Program-made: the position numbers and the translations under genes
Assembly (NCBI RefSeq): GCF_006345805.1
Contig: NC_042998.1
Span: 102,238,001 to 102,302,000, forward strand
DNA: 64,000 bases
Direction of reading: 5' to 3'
Source: Octopus sinensis
Taxonomy: Eukaryota
The notes under the pieces: generated by a model
Told to the model about the DNA's origin: nothing
The model's input: only the letters and a program-made list of their open reading frames with translations
Database searches by the model: none
In this document: positions 1 to 12,877 of the stretch, piece by piece
Layout of the letters: each line of letters starts with the position of its first letter
Numbering within the stretch: position 1 is the first letter of the stretch

Positions 1-1001
1 CACGGGGAATATCTATCATGTCTTCTCCTGGACTTAGGATTAGGCCTGTGGACTTGTTCCGTGCATTGTTTGTTATGCACGTTCCCTATTTCTAGAGGGG
101 TAGGTTATGTTCGAGACTAGGATTAGAATCAAAGTGCTCTGTACATAACAGTTACAATTGTGCGTTTGTTTGTACATGAAATTTCTACTGTTTGTTTGTG
201 CATGTGTGTATACGCAAGGGCAATGTTTTGACTTTTTATTCAATGTAACATCACGCATCATTCTTTACGTTGACACGCTAAGTGAAATCTCATACTACGG
301 ATAATATTTGTTCCAGCCTCTAAATCCCTTTCTCTTTGTCTCTCTCTCCCTCTCCCACTCTATCTCTCTTCCCTTTCACTTTTTCTCTGTCTCCCTTTCT
401 GTTACCTCTCCCTTCCCCCTCTCCTTTCCCCCTCTCTTTTTTGCATATCTTGCCTCTCTTATCAGCTTATATCTCTGTTACTTTTTCCGTCTATCCCTAT
501 CAATTTACCATTTTCTATACTTCTCATTTGTTCTGAGTACTCTTCCTTTTTAACCTCTGTTTCTCTTTATAAACCTTTCAACGTCTATCTTCATTTCCTT
601 TTTTCTGTGTCTCATTTCTCTCTTTACTTTTTGATATTTCTTTCTCCGCATTCCAGGTCCCTGTCCTCCCGACCACTCTCTGTCTTTCTCTCTGCCCTTC
701 ACTATCTGCTGTCTCTCTCTCAACCTTCTCCATTTTCGGTTCTTTCCCACTACTTCAATTCTTCCTTTCACTACCCTTCTTTTGTTGACCGCTAGACATT
801 TCCAGTAATGCTCTATTGAAATCTCGCCTTAGCTCTTACTTTAACTCCAGGTTCATCTTATATTTTCCTCTTTCATTTTATCTTTCTATCTATCTATCTC
901 TTCTGTTTCCCCGCATTTCTTTCTGTCTCACCTCATTCCTTTTCCAGGTCTGTTGTACACATGTCCTGATTTAATGCTGTCTCCCAGCCAAAAGGTCTCT
1001 T

Positions 1002-1042
<41 letters not shown>

Positions 1043-1149
1043 TCGGGGTGAGTACTTGATAATTATAAGCACCTGTGTATACCGTTTGGTGGTATAGGTG
1101 GTGGAGTAAATTGATCAAAATAAAATAAAAACATGATGCGAAGGATTCA

Positions 1150-1227
1150 GCGGTACATATGTTTCGGGCCTTTATTAGACAGATTTATAACAATGCATAA
1201 TGTATGTCTGTGGCCTTCTTCAGCCGC
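1150..1227 (-). ncRNA. Minimal type I hammerhead ribozyme (long stem II family)
   Basis: Reverse complement of the motif at 3267-3344. Confidence 0.7.
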
Positions 1228-2169
1228 GCACAACAGCTTCCACAAGGACATGTGTTACATCAAAAATTCTTGGTTGGGGATGCGAATCCTCTCATTCGCG
1301 TACGACATAATGCGGCAGCAGCATAGAATTGAAGCGTCCATCTCCTTCTTCTCTCAATGTAGAATGAGGAAAACTGGATGTTGAGGTAATGTAAATAAAT
1401 AAATACATATATAGACGTGAAGATGGAGGGGCGAGAATTCGGGACCAGGGATAACAAATGTATAAAAGGTGTAAGTATAGAAACATATAAAAATGTAGAG
1501 CATAAAGATATAAAGAGTTATAAGGAGATGTAAAGGGGGTATAAAGGATATAAAGAAATATAAAGAAATATAAGTAAATGTAAAGGCATAAGGTTATAAA
1601 GTAAAAATAGAAATAGAAATAAGAGTAAAAAAACAGGATGACTCCTTTTCCCTAAATATTTCTTCTCCTACACCCATATCCTCCCTATATAGTCTCTTTA
1701 ATTCCCTATATCTATACCCTTTCACATTTCTAACTCGGATGTTGAACGCACACCGCCAAACTCCACTTCCCACCCTTCCAATTTTCAGTTCCCCCCGCCC
1801 GCCCCTACGTTTAACACACACCTCTAACTTTCAACCACCTTCATCTCATGTTAAATTTTACCAAATTATATTTTTATCTTATTTTATTTTATTTTTATTT
1901 TTACTTTTATTGTTACTTTTATCCTACTTCCATTTTTTTATTTTTACTTTTATTCTACTTCCATTTATTCTCATTTTTATTTTCATCCCTTACCTTAACT
2001 CTTATAATTTTTATAATTCTTATATTTCATTTCTAACTATTACATTGTATTTCTTATTTTTTATACTGTATTTTTTATTTCTAATTTTTACCCTTACTCA
2101 CATTCTTACCCCTAACTTATCGCTTTATACCTCTGTATATGTTTATTTACTTACCTATAGATCCACTTT

Positions 2170-2650
2170 TTGACTATACGAGCGTCCGCGTACGTGTGTA
2201 TACGCATACATACATATGCACGCGCATATATGTACATGCATATTTCGATATCTTATAGCTATACCCATGTGCGCGTGTGTCTCTGTGTATGTGAGTGTAT
2301 ATGTGCACGCGCATACGGACACACAGCCGTGTGTGCGTGCACGTACAGACATGAGTACGTGACTGTTTACATACGTTCTTATATACATCCTTTAATATCT
2401 TATATCTAGACCTAGAGGCGTGGGCATATACGTGTGTGTATGTAGGGATGGGCGCGTATGTACATGCGAGTGTGTACGCGTATAGTGTCCGTGTATGCAT
2501 GCGGATATTCTGTTGTATGTATGTGTGTGTACGCGCGTGCGTGTGGGTGCGTGTGTGTTTATGTACATGTTTACACGCGAGTGCGTATGTATGCTTATAG
2601 GCTTGGAGGCGTATATGTACGCGTGTATGTGGGTGTATGTATCCATGATG
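2170..2650. repeat. Degenerate alternating purine-pyrimidine (TG/CA/TA/CG) microsatellite
   Basis: Visible low-complexity RY alternation. Confidence 0.85.
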
Positions 2651-3266
2651 ATATGTATGTACTAGAAGTCCATTTAATTCAAGAAACCAGATTAAATGCT
2701 CATCAACTCTGATTTACAACACATTAGGTCCCCAGACGAAACTGTTGATTTACTGACAATTCTACAACTAAATTTTATCAATCTCCTGACCACCATGCTT
2801 GGTCCGTAACCTCTATACATCCCTTATCTTTACATTCTTTTACATTTTTATCATGTTTTTATCATGTTTTTTTACTCTTATTTCTATTTTTACTTTATAA
2901 CCTTATGCCTTTACATTTACTTATATTTCTTTATATTTCTTTATATCCTTTATACCCCCTTTACATCTCCTTATAACTCTTTATATCTTTATGCTCTACA
3001 TTTTTATATTTTTCTATACTTACACCTTTTATACATTTGTTATCCCTGGTCCCGAATTCTCGCCCCTCCATCTTCACGTCTATATATGTATTTATTTATT
3101 TACATTACCTCAACATCCAGTTTTCCTCATTCTACATTGAGAGAAGAAGGAGATGGACGCTTCAATTCTATGCTGCTGCCGCATTATGTCGTACGCGAAT
3201 GAGAGGATTCGCATCCCCAACCAAGAATTTTTGATGTAACACATGTCCTTGTGGAAGCTGTTGTGC

Positions 3267-3344
3267 GCGGCTGAAGAAGGCCACAGACATACATTATGCA
3301 TTGTTATAAATCTGTCTAATAAAGGCCCGAAACATATGTACCGC
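3267..3344 (+). ncRNA. Minimal type I hammerhead ribozyme (long stem II family)
   Basis: gcgg CTGAAGA aGGCC...GGCCc GAAA CATATG TA ccgc. Stem I is gcgg/ccgc, stem III is the palindrome ACATATGT, and predicted GUA cleavage is after 3340. Confidence 0.7.
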
Positions 3345-3380
3345 TGAATCCTTCGCATCATGTTTTTATTTTATTTTGAT

Positions 3381-3426
<46 letters not shown>

Positions 3427-3654
3427 GAATTAGCTGTGTGATTTTCCATTGTTTTGTTCCTATCTTATCTTTTATTGTTTGTTATGTTCACTCACTCATC
3501 CGAGTTGCACTTTACTGCCAACGCCACCAAAATGGAATATCTTATCGATAATGAGATGAAATTACGATGTTTAACCGATAACCGATCGGGAGGGTGCATG
3601 CCACTGTCTCGTGTATGATTTTCATGTAGTTTCGTATGTCATTTTATATATACA

Positions 3655-3704
<50 letters not shown>

Positions 3705-4426
3705 ATATATATATATATATTATATATATATATTAGAAGAAATGAGGTAATCAGAAGATCGGACGGTTTATATTTACAGATATTTATTTATATATTACAT
3801 TTTTTATATATGTATATCATATCACTTAGATCATTAGCGCTTTCTCCCATTCTAGTGGGGTTTTCAAATCAAAATAAGTTCCTTTGTGGGGAATTTTAAT
3901 CATTTTATAGGGGTTTCGTAGTGGTGGGGAGGAATATAAGACAGTACAAGAGGGTGAGGTGGATTAGGAGAAAGTGAGAGAGAGAACATGTGTGTATGTG
4001 TATGTGTATGTGTGTGTGTGTGTGTGTTTGTATATGAGGTGAGTGCTAAAGAGAAAGAGGGGAAGGGAGAGGGAAGAAGAAGGAAATAATTTTTTTGGTC
4101 TGCTGGACAGAATATTGACTCCAAGGGGGCTCTAATAATTTCAGTTTTGACCACTTCACAGTGTCACTGAGTGTGTGGTGGCGGGGAGGTAGGCTATAAA
4201 TTATATTTCCTTTTATCATTGTGAGAATGGTCAAATGCTTTTTTGGGTTTAAGAATTCTTTCCACTTTTTATGATCGTTTTGTGGAGGTGTGTGTGTGTG
4301 TTTGTGTGTGTGTGTCCGTGTGTGTGTGTGTGTGCGTGTGCATGTGTCTGTGTGTTTGGAGAAAGGGAGAGAGACAAAAAAGAAAAAGAAAATAAGGGAG
4401 GAAGGGGAAAAAATTGCGTTGATATT

Positions 4427-4469
<43 letters not shown>

Positions 4470-4779
4470 CAAATAATTATATAGGGATTCATAACAACAT
4501 TTTTTGTTGAAAAATGATAAAAATAAAGTTAGCGATATCAGTTTTCGAATGTTCAACAAAATTCCTTCACAATGCAAAGTATGAGGTTTTTTTTCTTTTT
4601 TTTTTATTCTGTTTCTCTAAAACCCTATAAAAATAGTTTCCTGATATGTTGCGCATTGTGAGAATGTTCAAATGCGTTAGCATTTCCTAGAAAATTGTTA
4701 AAATGATATGATTTAAGAATTATAAATCAATATATTTCAATATATGTCAAATTGTCTGAGTCAAATATTTGTATTTAAA

Positions 4780-5170
4780 ATGACCAATACATTTCAAATA
4801 CAAACCTTCGACTCTGCATCACTGTATATAAATTCCCTGCTGGATCTCACTCATAAGGGAATCTTACATTGCTTATATTTGGAAGAACTCATATTAAACT
4901 TTGTTGAACTTTTGGATTTTACTCAAAGGATATTGAAATATTGCATATATACCATGATGCCTATAAAACGGATTTACAACTTCAATACCCATACATATCT
5001 TACATTTATTTTCTTTCCTCCACCTCACTCCCTATTTTGTATCACATCTAAACTAATCATGGCTCAATTTTCCTCTCACACCGTCTCCGATGAAGGGATA
5101 TTATTAATTAATATCCTCGAAACAGCTGTAAGACCTTTTATCTATAAATGCTCTAATATCTATACAGCCT
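4780..5170 (+). mobile_element. Internally deleted Penelope-like remnant ending in a hammerhead-bearing pLTR
   Basis: IQTFDSASLY resembles PLE RT motif A (TFDFSxLY), and an HHR lies at 5083-5134. Confidence 0.5.
5083..5134 (+). ncRNA. Minimal type I hammerhead ribozyme (U4C core variant)
   Basis: gtct CCGATGA aGGGATATT..AATATCCTC GAAA CAGCTG TA agac, with stem III palindrome ACAGCTGT. Confidence 0.65.
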
Positions 5171-5300
5171 AAAAAATTCTTATATATATATATATATTGA
5201 TAAAACGGTTAGATAACAAAAGAAAGAAAGCGACCTCAATATTATGTAAATAGAGGAAATTTATCTATACAATAATATGTTACTTTACTCGGTAGTCAAG

Positions 5301-5794
5301 ATAAAACTCTGAGTTTCAGATGCCGAAGTGGAAATCCACAACACCATCTCTTCGGTTATCTGGCTATTTGAAAACACTATGAAAAAATACCGTTAAATAA
5401 AGGGAAATTACTGTGTTATAACTCTGCTTGCCTGCGTACTTATACATCGCTCGCATTTTTCGTCATAAAAATTATATAAAATACATAAAAATATATAAAA
5501 ATATATAAAAATATATAAATTATTCTTGGGACATAACATAGAAAGCATGTTCTATCTGTTTTCTATGTTATGTCCCAAGAAGAATTTATATATTTTTTAT
5601 ATATTTTTTATGTATTTTATATAATTTTATGACGAAAAATGCGAGCGATGTATAAGTACGCAGGCAAGCAGAGTTATAACACAGTAATTTCCCTTTATTT
5701 AACGATATTTTTTCATAGCGTTTTCAAATAGCCAGATAACCGAACAGATGGTGTTGTGGATTTCCACTTCGGCATCTGAAACTCAGAGTTTTAT
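5301..5794. repeat. ~494-bp near-perfect palindrome (foldback), probably a head-to-head PLE terminal repeat
   Basis: ataaaactctgag at 5301 pairs with ctcagagttttat ending at 5794. The arms are ~240 bp with a ~15-nt loop near 5547. Confidence 0.85.
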
Positions 5795-5811
5795 AGATAT
5801 CATAAGTTGAA

Positions 5812-6373
5812 GTGTGTATCATAAGTTGAAGACGGGAAGGATTACTTCCCTTTGTAAATACTGACAGGACACAGAAGGTGTGTCTATGGCCAGCTGGAGG
5901 AGTGTGTCCTCCTGGGGCTAAAAACTACAGTAGCATCCACCCTTAGGGGTAGCCATATTGAAATGGCAAATATACGTCACGATGTGTTAGCGCTACTGTA
6001 TATAACTCACTTTGATATTTATCATTGTTTGATTTCACTTTTTCAATATCAGCGACAGTGGACGCTGGAAAAAGTATAAGTATTTGTGAAGGAAATCTAA
6101 TTCTCGCCGACAACTGTGATTGTCACACGCTGACGAGAGGTCAATACCTCGAAACTCGAGTCCGTGTGTATCATAAGTTGAAGACGGGAAGGATGACTTC
6201 CCTTTGCAAATACTGACAGGACACAGAAAGTGTGTCTATGCCAGCTGGAGGAGTGTGTCCTCCTGGGGCTAAAAACTACAGTAGAATCCACCCCTAGGGG
6301 TAGCCATATTGAAATTGCAAATATACGTCACGATGTGTTACCGCTACTGTATATAACTCACTTTGATATTTAT
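5812..6373 (+). mobile_element. Retrozyme-like non-autonomous element: 352-nt unit, about 1.6 copies, with a hammerhead at the unit junction
   Basis: Direct repeat 5812-6163 / 6164-6373 with no ORF. The first copy starts 1 nt downstream of the position equivalent to the HHR cleavage site. Confidence 0.7.
6124..6168 (+). ncRNA. Fully canonical minimal type I hammerhead ribozyme
   Basis: cacacg CTGACGA GAGG tcaata CCTC GAAA CTCGAG TC cgtgtg. It has a 6-bp stem I, 4-bp stem II, palindromic stem III and a GUC site at 6162. Confidence 0.9.
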
Positions 6374-6493
6374 TATATATATATATATATTATAATAAAT
6401 TAGAGACAAAACCACTATTATGCAAATCAAACAAAGAAAGACTTAATCCAATACATAAAATAATTTATATAAATTAAAATTTAACAAATGAAT

Positions 6494-6545
6494 AACCACT
6501 ACGATCGTTTCGTGTCAGCACATCTTAGACATTATTCAGGTGGTT
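6494..6545 (-). ncRNA. Hammerhead-like motif (G8 substituted, possibly inactive)
   Basis: Reverse complement of 9373-9424. Confidence 0.5.
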
Positions 6546-9372
6546 TCTAAACCTAAAATATAAAATATAATCAAAATTTTTTCGATATAAATATCTATAT
6601 AATCTAAATAAACTCTATTATTAAATATGATTATATCGAAATCGACTATAATGTTAAATATTAACTTTAATTTATAAGGTAGAAAATCCATATGCTAATA
6701 TCCATTTTAGTCTATATCTACTTATATAGATATTTGAAATAACTAATATATATAAATTATCAATGAAAATATATATAAATATTATAATCAAGATCTAAAA
6801 TAGACTCTATAAACGATTGTATATAATGAAAACCTAATATATTTAATTTCTCATATTTAAAGATGAAATAGCTAATTTCAAAAAACAAAAAATATATATA
6901 TACACACAAGCTCATGCACCTATATACATGTATGTATATAAACACATCCAAATACGCACACAAACTCACACACACACATATACATCTACACACACACATA
7001 AACATATAGACACAGATATATCCATAATGCAGCCCTACACCTCTACACATCACCTTTTCATACTCACACACAGACACATACAATCACATATATATGTATG
7101 CATGGCTACAACACAATCCCCAACCAGCATAGATAGATCTGCCATGAACACCAATCCCAAACTATGATACTAAGGTATTGGAAACATTCACAATATGTAG
7201 GGGGTTACCCACACTAATCCACCCCTATACATTCAACAAGTGGCTCCTATTCATCCAATTCACCCCGTATCAATTTTCACCCATCATAGCCATTAATAAA
7301 TATTATAGTATAATATATTTGATTGTATATAAGCATATCTAAATGCGTTACGGATCCACACACACATATTGTATCTGTATATGCATGGGTACATGTAGAC
7401 GCGGATATGTTTATAGTGCATCCTATACTTCTGCACATTGCTTGTGCATGCTCGCACGCGCGCGAGTACAATCACTCATTCATAAACGTATATGTATGTA
7501 TGTGTGTGTATATGTGTATGGATGTGGGTGTGTGTGTACATATGTGTGTGTATATGCGAGTTTGTGCGTGTATGTGTGTGTGTGTGTATGTGTGTATGTG
7601 CATGTATATGTTTGGATGTTTTCTTGTATAATTGTGTGTACGTGTGTGTTGTTGTACTGTGAATTTTTAATTGGTATGGATGTATTTGTTATGAGTACTA
7701 GTTTGTATGGGATGGGGGGTGTGGGAGGTGATTTATGATATGTGGGGGATTGTTATATAGGTTTGTTTTTGTGTATTTGGTAATGGGTGGTTTTTGATCA
7801 TTAGATGGGTTTCGTTTATAATGGTTGTTTTATTTATTATTGAATACTATAGTATAGAGAGATTTTATTCTTTTGTGAATTCATTCTTTTACAATGATAA
7901 ACATATAATATTCCATTCATAATCTTTAATAACGTTGGTTCTTCACGCGCAAAGAATTCAATATTTTATTCTATTTTTCTGTTTATAACGTAATTTCTTA
8001 AACGCTGTTTAAGATGTATTGTGATTCAAATTACTTCATAGTTTATAACTCGCTAAGAAGGTAAGTTTTTTTTGATCTCCAAATTGTTAATATTGTATTA
8101 GCCTTATGAGTAATAATATTCTCCTTATGTTAATCTTGCTGTTTCTGTAATGATCTATTTATCGTAATTTTATATGTTATTAGTTATTAAATAATTTAGA
8201 TAAATTTTGATAAATAGATAGGTTTCGAATTAAGATGGTTTAGGCCATGTCTAATATAATAGCATAATTTATATTAGATAATTTTTCTCATTCATAATTT
8301 GATTAGTACTTATAGTATTTTTTAATACTATATTACTGAGAAAGGAATATTCTTATGAGTTTGTGGTTGTGTATATGTGGCTATTGATGTTATTTCTTCT
8401 ATGTGTTAGTGTATTGCAGTGTACATACGTTTATGTATTAGTGATTGTATGTGTGTGTGTGCGGGTGTGCATAATTGATGTGTAGAGGTATAGGGTTGCA
8501 TTTAGAACATGTCCGTGTCTGTATGTGTTTGTGTATGTATAGTTATGTGTGTGTGTGTGTTTGTTTACGTGTTTATATATGTTATATACATATAGTATAT
8601 AGTATTTAATACTATTTTACTAAATTTGTGTATGTATAGATATATATGTGTGTGTGTGTGTTTGTTTACGTATTTATATATGTTTATTACATATATATAG
8701 AATATGGTATTTAATACTATTTTACTAAGAATGAGATATTTCTATAAGTATGTGGTTGAGTATCTGCGGATACTGGATGTTATTTCTCCTCTGTGTTAGT
8801 GTCCTGTTAAGAGTATATGTTTATGAATGAGTGATTGTATGTGTGTGTGTGTGAGTATGAATAGGTGATGTGTAGAGGTGTAGGGCTGCATTATGGATAT
8901 ATCTGTGTCTATATGTTTATGTGTGTGTGTAGATGTATATGTATGTGTGTGAGTTTGTGTGCGTATTTGGATGTGTTTATATACATACATGTATATAGGT
9001 GCATGAGCTTGTGTGTATATATATATTTTTTGTTTTTTGAAATTAGCTATTTCATCTTTAAATATGAGAAATTAAATATATTAGGTTTTCATTATATACA
9101 ATCGTTTATAGAGTCTATTTTAGATCTTGATTATAATATTTATATATATTTTCATTGATAATTTATATATATTAGTTATTTCAAATATCTATATAAGTAG
9201 ATATAGACTAAAATGGATATTAGCATATGGATTTTCTACCTTATAAATTAAAGTTAATATTTAACATTATAGTCGATTTCGATATAATCATATTTAATAA
9301 TAGAGTTTATTTAGATTATATAGATATTTATATCGAAAAAATTTTGATTATATTTTATATTTTAGGTTTAGA

Positions 9373-9424
9373 AACCACCTGAATAATGTCTAAGATGTGC
9401 TGACACGAAACGATCGTAGTGGTT
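9373..9424 (+). ncRNA. Hammerhead-like motif (G8 substituted, possibly inactive)
   Basis: aaccac CTGAATA aTGTC..GACAc GAAA CGATCG TA gtggtt, with stem III palindrome ACGATCGT. Confidence 0.5.
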
Positions 9425-9607
9425 ATTCATTTGTTAAATTTTAATTTATATAAATTATTTTATGTATTGGATTAAGTCTTTCTTTGTTTGATTTGCATAA
9501 TAGTGGTTTTGTCTCTAATTTATTATAATACAATATTTTATTATAAAATTGGATTCAATCTTAAATCTGATTTTTTCCTTGTAAATTTGGATTTATTCCC
9601 TAATATT

Positions 9608-9670
<63 letters not shown>

Positions 9671-9846
9671 ATATGAGGTGATTTTAAAGTCGGTTCATGG
9701 CTGCTATTTTAAGCATGGTGGTAAAATTTATAATTTTAATAATTCTCTCTCTCTATATATATACAACAACATTGGGGAAACTGATGTAACAGCGGCCATT
9801 GATGAAATGAGCTCATGCTCCGCCACAGGTCCTGATAGCTTCCCAG

Positions 9847-11099
9847 CTATCTCCTAAAGTCATGTAAGCAAGTTTCTTTATAAGTGGTATTCTTCCTAAG
9901 AAACTGGAAAAGGGATATTGATTCATCATTATTGATTTCTTTCTCAAAACATTCCTCTGCGAGGCGTAATTTTCTGCACAAGTGTGAGATGTCATCCTGT
10001 ATTTCCCTTAGGTTCGGGTATTGTGGAGTTGGAGTGAAGTTTAGTTCTTTTGAAAGGATTTTGATTTGTTGTGTCGACAGGTTTAGGTTTGACAGATTCA
10101 CTATTTTTGGTTTTTCGGGGTTGGTATCTACCATCTGGTGTCATGGATTCTGCTGCCCTGGCCTAAAAAATGATTTCTGGGGATTCTTCTGTCTGTGGTA
10201 TTTGGGCGTGTGTTGGTTTTTCCCCCATTGATATGTTGTCTACTAAATGGGTTTTGGTTACTCCTGAGTCTGGATTGTTAATCCAGGGTCTGGGTTGTTC
10301 GTACTGGGTGTAATATTGGTTCCTTACAGTGGGTTGGAACCTATAATCGTGGTTTAGAGGTTAATTCTTATATGTTGGGAGGGAACTCCGAGCTTGGAAC
10401 GGTTTGGGTTGGGATCTACAATCATAGTTCAGAATATCTATGTGATGGGTGGAAACTCCGATTCTGGAACGGTTCTGTTATGGGCTGGGATCTACAGTGA
10501 CTGGTAAAGATTTGTCTTGGGTTGGTGGGTGTCTGGGTTCTTTTGGTGGGGTTGTAGTGCTGTCTTTAAGTTCTGTTATTGTTGTTGTCAGAGTTAGGAG
10601 TGATACGTGTTTGATATTTTGTGATTTGTTTTCTTTGTTTTTGGTGAGGAGTATGAGTTGAAGTTAATTTTTTTAAAATGTGGATTACTTGTACGGTATT
10701 CGTTTTTGAACTCTGTTTCATAATTGGCGAACCAGCTGATTTTTTTTCTTTTCGTTGTAGGGATGTTAGTTCTTCATCCTCGCAGTTTTTTCTCTCCAGA
10801 GTTTGGTGGTTTTATCAAAGAGTGGTCCTTCACAGTATTTGTTGATTTCAATTTGCGTTTTATTGTCAAGTGTCTTGAATATTTTTTCACTAGAATTGGC
10901 TCTTAGCCGCAGTAGTTCTATTTCTGTTTTGGGTAGGATGATTGGGCTGAAGTTGAGCCACTTTTCATAAATATCTGCTTTGTTATTATTTTTTATGAAG
11001 TTCCAGAAAGCAAGTATGCGTGCTGTGACATTTTAAATCCAGATGTTGTTAAGAGTGTTTTTAATTGAGTAGCAGTCTGTAGTGTGTTCCTGCTTTTGA

Positions 11100-11100
<1 letters not shown>
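9847..11100 (-). pseudogene. Decayed N-terminal part of a Penelope-like element ORF
   Basis: ORF 9847..10134- has IVNLSNLNLSTQQIKILSKELNFTPTP, the typical pre-RT PLE motif (NLS..L......L.KGL.F.PTP). The 5' extent is approximate. Confidence 0.65.
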
Positions 11101-11103
<3 letters not shown>

Positions 11104-11135
<32 letters not shown>

Positions 11136-12230
11136 GCATTCAAAAGAAAACACACACATACACTCACAACTCAATCACAACAACCACAACAAACATTCAC
11201 AAACATAGATACACGCAAGCATGCACACACACACAATAACACCCTCCCCAACAAATACAAGGCACATAGACACACCCACACAAACACAGCTACACGTATA
11301 CACACACACTGCACTAACAATACAAACAAAACAAATCACTCACAAATGCAAAACAGACACATGTGCACACACACACTCGGAAACTACAGAACTACATAAA
11401 CCATACCCACATATATACACACACACACAAACGCATACTCGATACCAACACACACAAAACACATATACACACACATACACACCACCCAGATAAACCCAAC
11501 GTACATGAACACACAGAACCCCTGATAAATACAACACACTTATACACACATCTTATACACACATACACATCCACATATACCCACACACATACATATGCAC
11601 CATCACACACACACATACGGTTGCTCATGCACACACACACACACACCAAAAGGACATTTAAAACACAAACATACTCAGACAGACAAAACACACACACACA
11701 TACACACACATAACATCCCCGCCAACACAAAAAGCACACAAACATACACGCGCGTACATACAGTACACACACGTGAACAAACACATAAACACTCACATGC
11801 GCACACACAACACTATAACAAATACCAATCACACACATACACACACACAACACCAAGACAATCATAACAATACAAACATACTAAGACAGAGATACACACA
11901 CACACTCGTGTACACACACACTCACCTATACACACATAACATCCCCACCAACACAAAAAATACACACGTATACAGACGCACACACGCACCCACAGACGCA
12001 CACATGCGACCAAACACATACAAACACTAGCGCACACACAACGCTATAACAAATATTAATCACACACATACACACACGCACAAACGTGCAGACATATACA
12101 CACACCATCCTACAAAATATTAAACACACACATACACATTTACGTACACCACAATAAACCCTGGGACCAATCAAAAACGGCCCACAAACACAAACACATG
12201 TATATATATATACACACACTCTCACAATAT
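11104..12230. repeat. Long compound (CA)n/(CACAT)-type microsatellite
   Basis: Visible low complexity; it produces His/Thr and Cys/Val pseudo-ORFs. Confidence 0.9.
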
Positions 12231-12689
12231 TCTGACCTCTAATGACCAATCCCCAAAACTACTGAACATCGAAAAATAGACAAAAAACTTCCTTGGAATT
12301 CCACATTGATCTTCCTTCCCCCCACCCAAACACACCTCCTACACTGTCCCTTGAAATAGAAAATAGCCTTTTACGATAAAATGTTAAAACAGGTCAGTTC
12401 ATCCCAAATTCTTTGTAAACTCCTAAATATATCTCTTTCTGTGTGTATATATATACTACCAAAATATGACCTTTTTGAACTTATAATTTTCTGTATATAT
12501 ATATATAGATACTTCCAAACAAACATGATTTTTAATGGAATTCTAATACTTTTTATGAACTTTTTAATAATTTCTCAAGATTTTTCTGTAAATTGTTTCA
12601 AACATTCTCTTATTATTATCAAAGAATGTATATATGTATTGTAATTTTTATATATTGTAATTTTTATATATGTAAGGACAGTAATACAA

Positions 12690-12877
12690 CTTTCAAGCTG
12701 GAATGGTCCATATTGTCTGTATCCTTTCCGTTTGATAAAGGCAGAACATTTTGTGGCGTCTGTAATTCCGAACTTTTCCATATTTTGTTCGCCAAAGTTC
12801 CTTTAATAAATACAATGGTCGAGAAATCCTTTAGATGCATGCACTGGCAAAAACACACCTTTCACTCATATGAATAA
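12690..12877 (+). pseudogene. Penelope-like ORF C-terminus (end of GIY-YIG / Cys-His motif)
   Basis: WSILS...FCGVCNSELFHIL....LINTMVEKSFRCMHWQK matches the PLE pattern CxxC..E...I....LN...E...C.H. Confidence 0.55.

Larger units (their letters stand above)
1110..3384. mobile_element. Inverted pLTR pair of a Penelope-like element (arms ~1110-1635 and ~2865-3384)
   Basis: The arms are near-identical reverse complements (ORF 1133..1384+ equals 3110..3361-). Each arm carries a hammerhead motif, and the right end abuts (TA)n. Confidence 0.7.
6390..9530. mobile_element. Inverted repeat pair (~6390-7090 and ~8830-9530), PLE pLTR-type
   Basis: The ~700-bp arms are reverse complements (ORF 6760..7083- matches 8865..9158+). 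Both carry an HHR-like motif facing outward. Confidence 0.7.
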
